NCBI GenBank assembly: GCA_032718475.1
Contig: JAUCBJ010004614.1
Coordinates: 7,797-71,796, forward strand
Reading direction: 5' to 3'
DNA: 64,000 bases
DNA from: Nemertoderma westbladi
Taxonomy: Eukaryota > Animalia > Xenacoelomorpha
In this document: piece after piece, positions 40,795-52,797 of the stretch
Layout: each line of letters begins with the position of its first letter
Numbering within the stretch: the stretch's first letter is position 1
Made by a program: the position numbers and the translations under genes
Notes under the pieces: generated by a model
The model's input: the letters and a program-made list of their open reading frames with translations, nothing else
What the model was told of the DNA's origin: nothing
Databases searched by the model: none

Positions 40795-42625
40795 TTAAGT
40801 GAAAGTTATATTCTGTGAATGTTCTATTTAGTAAATGCTCTTTTCAGTGAGCATTATATTCAGCGAGCCTTCTATTCAGTGAACGTTCTATTAAGTGAGT
40901 GTTCTATTCAGTGAGTGTTCTATTCAGTGAGCGTTCTATTCAGTGAGTGTTCTATTCAGTGAGTGTTCTATTCAGTGAGTGTTCTATTCAGTGAGAGTTA
41001 TATTCAGTGAGCTTTCTATTGATTGAGTGTTCTATTCAGTGAGCATTATATTCAGTGAGCGCTCTATTCAGTGAGCTTTCTATTAAGTGAACGTTCTATT
41101 CAGTGAGTGTTCTATTCAGTGAGCGTTCTATTCAGTGAGCGTTCTATTCAGTGAGTTTTCTATTTAGTGAGTGATATATTCAGTGAATGTTCTATTCAGT
41201 GAGTGTTATATTCATTGAACATTCTATTCCGTGAGTGTTCTAGTCAGTGAGTGGTTTATTCAGTGAGTGTTCTATTCAGTGAATGTTCTATTCGGTGATC
41301 GTTCTATTCAGCGAGTGTTATATTCAGTAAGCGTTCTATTCAGTGAAAGTTATATTCAGCGAGTGTTCTATTCAGTGAACGTTATATTCAGTGAGAGTTC
41401 ACGTCAATGAGTGTTTTATTCAGTGAGTGTTCTGTTCAGTGAGCATTATATTTAGTGGCATTATAATCAGTGATCGTTCTATTTTACGAGTGTTCTAATC
41501 AGTGAGCGTTCTATTCAGTGAGTGTTATATTCAGTGAGTGTTCTATTCAGTGAGTGTTCTATTCAGTGAGTGTTCTATTCAATTATCGTTCTATTCAGAG
41601 AGTGTTTTATTTAGTGGTGTACTATTCAGTGGGTGTTCATTTCTGTGAGTGTTCTATTTAGTGTGTGTTTTATTCAGTGAGCATTCTATTCAATGAATGT
41701 TTAATTCTGTGAGTGTTATATACAGTGAGCGTTCTATTCAGTGAGCGTTATATTCAGTGAGCGTTCTATATAGTGAGTGTTATGTACAGTGAACGTTCTA
41801 ATCAGTAAGCGTTCTATTCAGTGAGCGTTCTATATAGTGAGTGTTCTATTCAGTGAGCGTTATATTCAGTGAATGTTATATTCAGTGAGCATACTATTCA
41901 ATGAATGTTCAATTCTGTGAGTGTTATATTCATTGAGCGTTCTATTCAGTAAGCTTCTATTCAGTGAGCGTTATATTCAGTGAGCGTTCTATATAGTGAG
42001 TGTTCTATTCAGTGAGCGTTATATTCAGTGAATGTTATATTCAGTGAGCGTTCTATTGAGTGAGTGTTCTATTCAGTGAGTGTTCTATTCAATTATCGTT
42101 CTATTCAGAGAGTGTTCTATTTAGTGGTGTACTATTCAGTGGATGTTCATTTCTGTGAGTGTTCTATTTAGTGTGTGTTTTATTCAGTGAGCATTCTATT
42201 CAATGAATGTTTAATTCTGTGAGTGTTATATACAGTGAGCGTTATATTCAGTAAGCGTTCTATTCAGTGAGCATTATATTCAGTGAGCGTTCTATATAGT
42301 GAGTGTTATATACAGTGAGCGTTCTAATCAGTAGGCGTTCTATTCAGTGAGCGTTCTATATAGTGAGCGTTCTATTCAGTGAGCATTATATTAAGTGAGC
42401 ATTATAATCAGTGAGCGTTCTATTCAGTGAGTGTTCTATTCAGTGAGCGTTATATTCAGTGAGGGTTCTATTCAGTGAGTGTTCTATTGAGTGAGCGTTC
42501 CACGCAATGAACGTTCTATTCAGTTATCGTTCTATTCAGTGAGCATTATATTCAGTGAGTGTTCTATTCAGTGAGCGTTATACTCAGTGAGCGTTCTATT
42601 CCGAACACATTCTATTCAGTGAGCG
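40795..42625. repeat. 16-bp satellite, right part
   Basis: Same unit resumes in register after the TTAA; a block of about 510 bp is duplicated (41580/42090). Confidence 0.95.
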
Positions 42626-43783
42626 AAATAAAAAAAGTAGCATATTACTATGACTATAACTATTAGAAAGTAGCATAAATGTAGAATTTTAATTAAAAAA
42701 ATACAGCACGTCAATTATACAATTCAATAATAATTGATTAATTTGTTCTAGTCCCTCTGGTGTATAAAAAATCAATAGACTTTAACTCTAAAGGTAATAT
42801 ATCTGTTATAATAAAGATCCGTCAAAACCATAGGGCCACTATTTTTTATGTCATGGTTTTATGTAATAAAAACTTAATAATACGGTATTTGACTGCAAGC
42901 ACAAAGAGGATCATCTGCATTAATGATATCAAATAGCTCCAATAAAAATTTCGATACCAAAATTGAATTACAAAGTTTTTAAATCACACTTACTAATTTT
43001 TTTACAACTTTGTCTCAGATAAGCCACCATCTTGGTTCAAATACCTACAAGTTAGTCATGGAATCAAAGATATATAAAATTATATATTAAAATATACATA
43101 AGTTTAGAAATGAATAAAAACGGTGTAGAAAAGTCTAACAAAGCATTTTCTGAAAAGATCTGAGTTCTAGAATGTGTTTTTGATGTGTAAATTACACAAA
43201 AATTACCAGAAAAATTAGGTGGCCCTGTGGTCGTTTTGTGTTATGTACTTTTCCTATAGAAATGTATTGCAAACGAATATCCAACAAGATATATATAATG
43301 GTCATTATATTGGAGCCGTGTAATTTTTTGCATCGGATTTTTCTAACAATTAATAGATATTATTAATAACATGCTTCTCTTGTTCTATTATTATTCGATA
43401 GTTAATGTACTAGTTTATATCTTAATTATTAAGGAGTGGCCCTATGGCCCCCAGTTGGAGTTATATATATATATAATCATAATCATTCTGCCATTATAAT
43501 ATTAAATTCAAAATTTCCAAATATCAACCAATCAATATGCAATAATTTACATACGTTGATAGGCCTAACTGCCTAAACAGCTAAATACTGAAATATGCTG
43601 TAACCTACCTACCTACTGAACTGACCTACCCATACTGCCATATAAGCCTACCGTTCCGTCAGTCTGAAAGTTATATAGCCTAGATCTGTAGACTGGTAGA
43701 CTGGATGACTAGCCTAAAAGGCTGTAGGCCTACGGTCAGACGGTAGGCCCCTAACTACTGAACTAATCCTATAATATTCTGAT

Positions 43784-44651
43784 TATAAAGGACATCGCCC
43801 GCCTCCTATCCTAACTAATTTCAAATTTGTCTGTCTGTCTGCATTTGGCTGTTTGGGTTGGTTTGGGAATTCTAATTATACAGTAAAAGAAAAAGACGAA
43901 CAATCCAACTGTCTGACGAGTGCAAGGTCCAGGATATAATCCACCTAATCTAATTATAACCGAAAAGCTAGGACCTTGACGCTATTCCGGCTAGATAAGG
44001 CTTTAGTCCACTACAGTACTGGATGATAGATTGGTAAAAGATAAATATATGATAACATAATAATATACTTGCATTTATTTTATTTACAGAGTTAGGTATG
44101 GTACCGTTACATTACATATAATAATAAATCAACTAATCTAGGGTATTGATAAATGACTAAATAATGACTGAATGAGATTAATATTATCGGGCAGTTAATA
44201 ACAGAATAATACCGTATACTTCTGTCTGTTCTTTATGAAATAGTTACCGGTCCCACACTGTCTTAGGTAATAGTATGCCCTACAATATTAGGCTATATTA
44301 CAGGGTATGCAAGCAAAATCTATATCTACGTCTAACTATCTAACCATCTAACATCAGAATATTAGTGGGAAAATCCGCACATGTCAGACATGGTGAGTTG
44401 AGACTGCCAGACTGCAGACAGCTTACTGCTGTTGTACTAACTAGCTATTTTACAGCTGTCAGTCAGACTGTTGACTGCATTCTGGTCACGTGGTCAGCTC
44501 ACGGTCGATTCTTACTAATTAAATAATGAAAGTAATTATGTATACTGTATTTATTGCTGCGAACTGAAATGTATTATACTGTAGGTTGATTATTTTATAC
44601 TTATACTATATTATATTAAAATATTTGAGTTACGAGGAGATGGTGAACACA
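43784..44651 (-). repeat. 5' LTR of the Bel/Pao element
   Basis: Matches 23632-24491; minus-strand ends TG...TA. Confidence 0.96.
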
Positions 44652-45143
44652 AACACAGAGCCTTGGCTTTTTGTTTTTGATGGCACTCAATGTTAGTGGG
44701 TTTACAACAATAAGGGAAGATGATGTTGTTATCTTGGGTACATTGATGAAGGGGCCTTCGATGAAGCCAGATTTAATTTCTTTGGTCAGTAACTCGTCTA
44801 CTTGTAGTGCATTATCAAGTGCGGACTTATTATTTTCACGGAATATCAATTTATCTCTGGGACCATTGTAACCTATGTTGACACCATTGGTTAACTGTGT
44901 GAGCAATTCTGCCACAAGTTGTTGATCAGGGTAATATTGCAAATCCTTCCTTAAATTTTCTATGTGAATCGGGGTTGTTGGTTCTTTGTTTATCATATAT
45001 TCTACTGAATGAATCGGTAAATCTAGGAATTCCTGCAATGTAGCTGCGGGTAATGTTGACGGTGTTGAGAGGGTTAAGAATTCACCACATGTTCTTGCAT
45101 GATCATAAGGATATAACCTTTGTGCTGTGTCTAAGGTTGTCAT
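44652..45143 (-). pseudogene. N-terminal part of the YR element RT
   Basis: TPIHIENL....YPDQ...NGVNIGYNGP...NNKSA...KEIKSGFIEGPF...KPRLCV; joins in frame to DCSHNLKGTINSFI at 23626 when the Bel/Pao insert and one TSD are removed. Confidence 0.9.
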
Positions 45144-46419
45144 GATCGGAGCTCTGTTTGGGATATCTGTGTTTATCTCAAAGTATTAACTGAGAGCAAA
45201 GAACGGTGTCATGTGCTTTATTCTGCAGTTATACTGTTCGTTGATGAATAAATTATAGCGATTATACCGTACTCAGCTAGTTATATCTAACCAACGAGTC
45301 AGCATAACATTATGATCCATAAGAAAGGGGAAAAAAAAGAAATAAATAGATATAATACCTAGCTTCTGACAACATGCTGCCCTTGTATTAAGAGCATGTT
45401 ATATAATAGGCTCTCATTGAATAAAGGGATCCGGAAATCCGCCTGTAGTCTGTCCTCCCATAAAGGGATCCGGACATCAGCCTGAAGCTGTCTGTGACGG
45501 GATCGATGGATCCCGATTTATCCAGTTTGGGTTTATATACGCGTCCCCGCCGTGTGAGTGAAAAGGGTTGTTGTAAGTCCTTCTGATATTGCTGATACAG
45601 TGATGCGGTTGATAGTATAATATATACAGAGATAGCACCAGATAATAGAATAGTTGTATAAGTATACTGATGACGGCGGCGACGGTTACAAAGTGTTACC
45701 GTCGTGCCCTAGCTAATCGAACGACTGAGTAAACTGAATAAATAGTAAATAGCTGTCAACTGGTTATATTGCACGGGTTGGCCTTGTTACTGTACCTAGC
45801 CGGTGCCTCCCTCCCATTGGCTAATATCCTACTTGTCACCCTTTGCCCCCCTCTGAAGTGCTTCCCTTCGCCCTTGCTATTCTCTCTCTGTCAGGGGTGT
45901 AACCCCTGACCCCTATTGTGTGTTTCTCCTTCCCACTTTGTTGGGGTGACACGAGGTTGATATTGGTAATCAACCTCGTGCTCCCAATATTGCTTAACGG
46001 CTTACTTTGTGGGTGTGTTAGCGGAATTGAATAAGCTAACACTCCCCCCCATGCTATCTTCCCGGTAAGAAGATAGCATCCACCTCAAGTGCGCTACAAT
46101 TCCGCTGGATCCCGATCTAGTATCGGGTGTGGGGTGGGTCTATTTTCTTTCGGAGCCGGCTTTCCAGGCCGCTCCCTATGGGTATGATGTCACTACCCTC
46201 TGGCGTCTCGTGTCGGGCCGATCGTGCGCTTCTCTCACACAATTTTTGTTTCCCCGCACTCTCACCACTCTCACCCTAACTCTCGCATACTCCCGGACCT
46301 CCTCGTCCCACACTCTTCCTCTCACTTCTCCTCCCCCACACTTGAATTGCGCCCACGCTCTCTTCGCACTCCGCACTATCACCTCTCTACTCTCTGTCAC
46401 CCCCTAAGGCCCTAATTTC

Positions 46420-47500
46420 TAATGCTACCCCTGTGCTATCATACTATCTACCTACTACTTACTTGCTAACTATCTAACTCTCTTACTAACTCTAACTATC
46501 TCTCTAAGCCTACTAACTTTAACTCTACTAAGTCTAACTAACTCCTACTAACTCTCTACTTCTACTAACTCTCTCTAACTCTTACTCGACTCTTCTAACT
46601 ACGTGGCGCTTAGCGGTGCCCACAACCACTCTACTATCTGGCACCCTATGTGCCCGTCTCTACTACTCTACTACCTGGCACCCTATGTGCCCTCTCTACT
46701 ACCTCTAACTCTCTAACTCTACTACCTGGCACCCTATGTGCCCGTCTCTACTATTCTACTCTCTGGCACCCTATGTGCCCTCTCTACTACTTCTAACACT
46801 CTAACTCTACTACCTGGCACCCTATGTGCCCTCTCTACAACTCTACTCTATCTACATCTTACTCCCTTTCGTCTACTCGACTGCATGTGACGCTCTGAGT
46901 GCCGGCAGAGTGGGTACGTTAATTATGTGAACTACTACTAACTCTTACTAACTCTACTAACTCTCTACTAACTCTCTACTAACTCAACTAACTCTACTAA
47001 CTCTCTACTAACTCAACTAACTCTACTACTAACTTCTTGTGCCCGGCACCTCTTGCGCCCGGCACCCACCCTAATTAACATACCCTGCTCTTACATCAAA
47101 CACGTCATCACGTCCGTGCCCCACTAAGTTCAACGCATCCCCTACTAACTCTAACTACGTGGCGCTTGCGGTGCCCACAACCACTCTGCTTACTACTTCC
47201 TACGTGGCGCTTACGGTGCCCACAACCTCTACTGCTACTACTTTCTACGTGGCGCTTATGGTGCCCACAACCCTCTACTGCTACTACTTTCTTTCTAACT
47301 AACGGTACTACGTACCCTCTTACTCTTACTCTCTCTAACTAACGGTACTACGTACCCTCTAACTCTCACTCTCTCTAACTAACGGTACTACGTACCCTCT
47401 TACTCTTACTCTCTCTAACTAACGGTACTACGTACCCTCTAACTCTTACTCTAACTGACTAACGGTACTACTCTCTTACTACCTAACTACTACCTACTTT
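46420..47500. repeat. C/T/A-rich low-complexity region with several short tandem repeat families
   Basis: Recurring ctactaact, ctggcaccctatgtgccc, ctacgtggcgctt..ggtgcccacaacc and ctaactaacggtactacgtaccctct units. Confidence 0.85.
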
Positions 47501-47527
47501 ATTATTTAATTATTTTATTAATTTTAA

Positions 47528-50500
47528 TTAAATAACTATTTTCCGTGGGAAGGGCGTCTCGCCCTCATTCCCACCCCCCTCAGTCCAAAACATTGGACGA
47601 CTAAAAACTCTCAGGTGCCCCTTCTTCCAGTAGGCACTCTCCCACTGCCCTCCTATACGTCCTCTAACTCTTCGCCACACTCTCTTCGATACTACCTCTG
47701 CTGGCCTCCCCCTTCGTATGTGCGCTGGCAGTAAAGGCCTCGACGACCCCCGCTCGTACCTCGGTATACACGACGTCCGCCCATGTAATGCCCCCTCGCA
47801 CTGCGCCAGTCCTGCGTGCGTACGCAACACGCCTCCTTCTACTTTCCTGGCTCCTCTATGTTTGCTCATGGGCCTCTCTGCCCCTGGTCTAGTCCTTTCA
47901 CATCCTCTCCCTTTCCAACACTCTCCGGATCTGTGTCCCTTTACCACACATCGATGACATAGTCCGTTTGCGTCTGTGTAGGCTACACGATCTCGTTTGG
48001 GCAACGCTTGCCAGTACTTACAACTCCTGGTCTTATGGGTTCCGTCCCGATGTAATTGACATTCGAATCCTGGATTATAGCGTTTCCTGTATAGTCCTTC
48101 ACGTATCGCGCCTAGGTTTATATGTACCGATTTAGTGTTTTGGTTGTCTAGACTCGGCCTACTGGGTATATTGGGATTGTGTTTATTTTTGGTGTTATTT
48201 TCTTTCTGTCCCTGCCACGGTGTGGCCCTGCTACCAGCTAACTGTGGACTAGCAGTCCCCTGTATGGCCGCGTGTGGTAGCGACTGTCCGCACGACCTGT
48301 TCTCGGCCAGGGAGTTCGATGTTCTTGCTCCTATTGGGGTATATTGTCGATATTGTGATGGGGGAATGTCACCCTGTCCCCCCCCCAGGCCGGTATGTTT
48401 GGTACTGGGGTTGATGTTAATATATTGGGGCCCATACATCTATCTCCAATAACTCTCCCCTCCCCTGGATATATGTTGTGTCCCTGTGTATTATAGTCAT
48501 GCTGCCGTACCGATATAGGCCTACCCACTTCTTGCCTACCTACCGGTATGTACTCCGCGGCTTCCGGGTTTAATCCCGTCGTTCGCGCTACCCTGTCGCC
48601 TATTTATCTCTCCCAGCATGGCCTATAATAGTATGCGCAGTAAAGCCTACAGTATGTCCTGCAGTCTGCATGTGCCCTTTTGAACCGAAGTTTATTCTTC
48701 TCGAATCTCGAATCTCCCCGCGACTACCGCACTCTCGATCGGCAGCTATATCCCGTCGGGAAGCTTCTCTTCAATCCCCTCTCCTGTTCTCGACTTTGCA
48801 TTGGTACATCCTGTACCCCTCTCTTGGCGTGCGGCGCGTTTCTCCAGGGCGACGGCAATCTCCCGAAGTTCGACCCCACTGACTCCCTGACTCCATCTCT
48901 ACTATCGACGGTCTGTTATCCGTCCTCGCACTCCTATCGTTCGTGGCGACACTTTTTCTACTATCTTCTCTTCTTCTCTTTTCAGTGCAGTATTCCGGCT
49001 CGTGAGATCTCTCGTCGACCTCCCGGTTAAACTCCACTGTTCTTCTTCCCTCTTCTAATCGGGCTCGACGCTTCGTCTGCCCTCTCGCGACGTCAACCTG
49101 CCTCTCTCTGCTCTATCGCACGCCGCTGGGGATACTCGCAATCCCCCTATTACTCTCCATCGCCGGGTGTTGCGGTTTACCTAGCTCGGCCCGCGCATCA
49201 TCCGCCGACGCCTGTGGGACACTCTCTGCCCCCCCCCCTCTCTCTACTAATCTCTCGCGGTGGGGTGTCCATAGCCCCCCCCCCCCCACCCGCCACTTCT
49301 AACTTCACTATCTCTTACTACACTTCTGCGTCCCTCTCGTCGGACATTCTCTACCTCCCCCCTCTCGCCACTAATCTTCCGTGGTGGGGCGCCCGTAGCC
49401 CCCCCCCCCCCACCCGCTACTTCTAACTTCACTACCTCCTACTACACCTCTACACCCCTCTTGTGGGGCATTCTCTCCCCCCCCCCTCTCTCGCCACTAA
49501 TCTTCTGTGGTGGGGCGCCTGTAGCCCCCCCCCCCCACTCGCCACATCTAACTTCACTATCTCTTACTTTACTACTACACCCCTCTCTAGTTGACACACT
49601 GTCTCTACTACGGCTGGGTCTATTCACCCCCGCCTCTCTCTCTACTACTGCGTGGCCTATCAGGCCCACCTCGGGTTTGCTCAACCCCGCTACCTCCTGC
49701 TTACCAACTACGTGGCCTACCAGGCCGCCGTCGGGTTGGTTTAACCCCGCTACTTCCTGCCTACTAACTACGTGGCCTTCCAGGCCGCCGTCTGCCGGGC
49801 TATACACGTCTGACACGTTCACATTAATAGCACCATTCCCAATATTATTTGTTAAATCAATTAAATTATTAGAATTTGAAACGGGATTATTATTTAAATT
49901 AGAATTATTTGAATTATTCTGAATATTTGAACTAATATTATTATTTGAATTTAAATTTAAATTTCTGGGTAAAATATTTCCTGTAATAAAGGGATTAGGG
50001 TTATTTACTACGGTACTATTAATATTAACTATTTCTAATGTACTATTACTACCCCCCCCCCCCGCCCGTACGGCTACACCAGTTCTGGTTCTCTCGCCCG
50101 GTGTATGTAAGTGGGGTCTCACTCTCTGATAGTTCCAACCGCGCCAGTTCTAGTCGGCGCTGATTCAGTTTGGCTTGATATTGCGTAAGCCTCTCTAGCT
50201 GGGCACGCAAATCATCCCGCACGTGCTTACTCTCTATCTCTCTCTCTCGTATACTCTGCTCGGTCAACTCTGCCTTTCTCGCAATCGTCTCATACCACCT
50301 CGCCGGCTCGCTCTCTACTCTCATCTCCCGCTCTCTACACTCCTCGGCTCTCTCTCTACACTCCTCGGCTTTCTCTCTATACTCCCTCGCCAACTCTCCT
50401 AACCTCTCTGAAAATGCGGTTTCCTCTCTCAATTGTCTCTCTAACTCATTCTGCTCATTCGCCACCATTTCTAATTTATACGTCAGAATCTCCCGCACCC

Positions 50501-51278
50501 TTCTTTCTTTTGCGGAGGATGTAGCAGACTTATCGGTTGCGACGGACTCCCGTCGCCCCTCCGTCCCACCAACTTTCCCCCGCCTCCCGGAACTTCCTCC
50601 GACCGACGAGACCGAATCCTCGGGTTTAACCTCGGATTCGCCCTCCTCAGGTCTCTTCCAACCCACTAATTTTACTCCCCAGGCATCGACTAAGTATGGC
50701 CCTACGTACACTACGCTAGGTTCCATATCCCCACATTCCCATAGTTCAAACAGTTCGCTGGCAACCCCTTTTGCTCTCTCCTCGGCTAGTTCTCTCTGCC
50801 CAAAACGCATTAGGTAATCAAAGTGTCTGTTCGACTCACCTAGTCGTTTCCTCAATCTCACCTCGTCTATCTTCGCCCCTCCTTTGGCCTCTCTCAGTTG
50901 CTTCCGGGTCGCGAGGTAGGCTCGTCGGAGCCGGTCGCTGACTCCGACGTCCTCGTCGCCGACATCTCCTCTATCCTTCCGTGTCCGGCGTCGTACCGGC
51001 GGCCCCACCGTCGCCGTTCCGGTGGACCGTCCGTCGTCCTCGGCCTGTGGCTGGCCGGCGACATCGGTACGTCGACCCTCGCTCCGCGTCGACTCGTCTT
51101 TCTCTTTTTCGACTCCCGACTCGTCCTCTCCTTGTAGACGGCCCCCCTCATCTTGGATCGCCGGATCGTTCGTCGACGGATCCGGCGTCGTGGGTTGATA
51201 CCGTCTCGCCGTGGCCTCGCGGATCGTTAGATCGTCGTCCGGGGTCCGCGGCGGTGTCGCTTCTCCTTCTCGACTCAT
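47528..51278 (-). pseudogene. Degenerate gag-like ORFs of the pol-less LTR element
   Basis: 50049..51278 has VKPEDSVSSVG plus a coiled coil, as in Bel/Pao gag N-termini; 47528..48439 has CQLH...H....C, LCHRCVVKGHRSGEC...C knuckles; no PR, RT or IN motifs. Confidence 0.65.
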
Positions 51279-51880
51279 CTTTACTTTAGTAGCTGTCAGT
51301 CACAGTCTCGGCAGGCCTAGAGTTGAGACTGTGACGGGATCGATGGATCCCGATTTATCCAGTTTGGGTTTCTATACGCGTCCCCGCCGTGTGAGTGAAA
51401 AGGGTTGTTGTAAGTCCTTCTGATGTTGCTGATACAGTGATGCGGTTGATAGTATAATATATACATGAGATAGCACCAGTATAATAGAACTAGTTGTATA
51501 AGTATACTGATGACGGCGGCGACGGTTACAAAGTGTCACCGTCGTGCCACTACCTAATCGAACGACTGAGTAAACTGAATGAACTGATTGCTGTCAACTG
51601 GTATATATTGCACGGGTTGGCCTTGTTACTGTACCTAGCCGGTGCCTTCCCTCCCATTGGCTAATATCCTACTTGTCACCCTTTGCCCCCCTCTGAAGTG
51701 CTTCCCTTCGCCCTTGCTATTCTCTCTCTGTCAGGGGTGTGGCCCCTGACCCCTATTGTGTGTTTCTCCTTCCCACTTTATTGGGGTGACACGAGGTTGA
51801 TATTGGTAATCAACCTCGTGCTCCCAATATTGCTTAACGGCTTACTTTGTGGGGTGTTAGCGGAATTGAATACGCTAACA

Positions 51881-52480
51881 CTGTCCTCCCATGAAAGGAT
51901 CCGGACATCCACCTATAGATATTAAGCTCTCCTCCCGTAAAGGGATATGGACATCCACCTATAGATATTACAGTATTAGGCTGTCCTCCCGTAAAGGGAT
52001 CCGGACATAATCCACCTATAGATATTAGGCTGTCCTCCCGTAAAGGGATCCGGACATCCGCCTATAGATATTAGGCTGTCCTCCCGTAAAGGGATCCGGA
52101 CATCCGCCTGTATATTGGGCTGTCCTCCCGTAAAGGGATCCGGACATCCGCCTGTAGATATTAGGTTGTCCTCCTGTGAAGGGATCCGGACATCCGCCTG
52201 TATATTAGGCTGTCCTCCCGTAAAGGGATCCGGACATCCGCCTGTAGATATTAGGCTGTCCTCCCGTGAAGGGATCTGGACATCCGCCTGTATATTAGGC
52301 TGTCCTCCCGTAAAGGGATCCGGACACCCGCCTGTAGATATTAGGCTGTCCTCCCATGAAGGGATCCGGACATCCGCCTGTAGATATTAGGCTGTCCTCC
52401 CGTAAAGGGATCCGGACACCCGCCTGTAAATATTAGGCTGTCCTCCCGTAAAGGGATCCGGACATCCGCCTAAGCCCATA
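51881..52480. repeat. 44-46-bp tandem repeat in the 5' leader of the YR element (continues at 45420-45492)
   Basis: Unit aaagggatccggacatccgcctgtagatattaggctgtcctcccgt, about 13 copies, split by the LTR insertion at CTGTC. Confidence 0.92.
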
Positions 52481-52797
52481 GGCTGTCTCCCCCTTACTGC
52501 CTTAAGGGATTCGGATAAACAGATAGATGCGTAATTTTACAGATATAACAGCAGTAAAGCCGTTGCCAAAATAATTGCATTATTATTAACATGAGTTTCG
52601 GTATAATGTACGAATACATATATGCCATACAGTATGTTATATACAAGAACAATGTATTTTATATTTCGCGACTAAAAACTCCTAGTAACTCGTAAGGAGA
52701 GAAAAAAAACCGAAAGACTTCGGAAATAAGAATAATTCTGTAATTAAGTGAAAGATGAAAGTACAGAAGCTTATGTACACCAAAGTATAATATAATG

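Larger units (their letters stand above)
34663..43460. mobile_element. Non-autonomous TIR DNA transposon carrying a satellite, inserted in (TA)n
   Basis: Imperfect TIRs TCCAAC......CCTTAGGGCCACT / AGTGGCCCTATGG.....GTTGGAG; subterminal GTGGCCCTATGG motifs repeated near both ends; (TA)n on both flanks. Confidence 0.7.
23632..44651 (-). mobile_element. Bel/Pao LTR retrotransposon, full length with nested inserts
   Basis: LTRs 23632-24491 and 43784-44651; 5-bp TSD AACAC (23627-23631 and 44652-44656); PPT GCGGAGGAG abutting the 3' LTR; gag-PR-RT-RH-IN order. Confidence 0.96.
45493..51880 (-). mobile_element. Non-autonomous (pol-less) Bel/Pao-like LTR element
   Basis: LTRs 45493-46041 and 51330-51880 (TGT...ACA), 5-bp TSD CTGTC, PPT GGGGGGGAG; CCAAT, TATATA and TCAGT motifs on the minus strand of the LTR. 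Confidence 0.93.

Noticed and set aside
45665-45730. CTGATGA plus stem in the LTR (retrozyme hypothesis)
   Set aside because: No GAAA after the stem, and it lies on the antisense strand.
51320-51331. 12-mer CAGTCTCAACTC shared between this post-LTR site and the large Bel/Pao LTR (about 44394-44405)
   Set aside because: Same-sense match, so it cannot prime by pairing; treated as probable coincidence.
51881-52480. 46-bp repeats as a CRISPR array
   Set aside because: Head-to-tail units without variable spacers.
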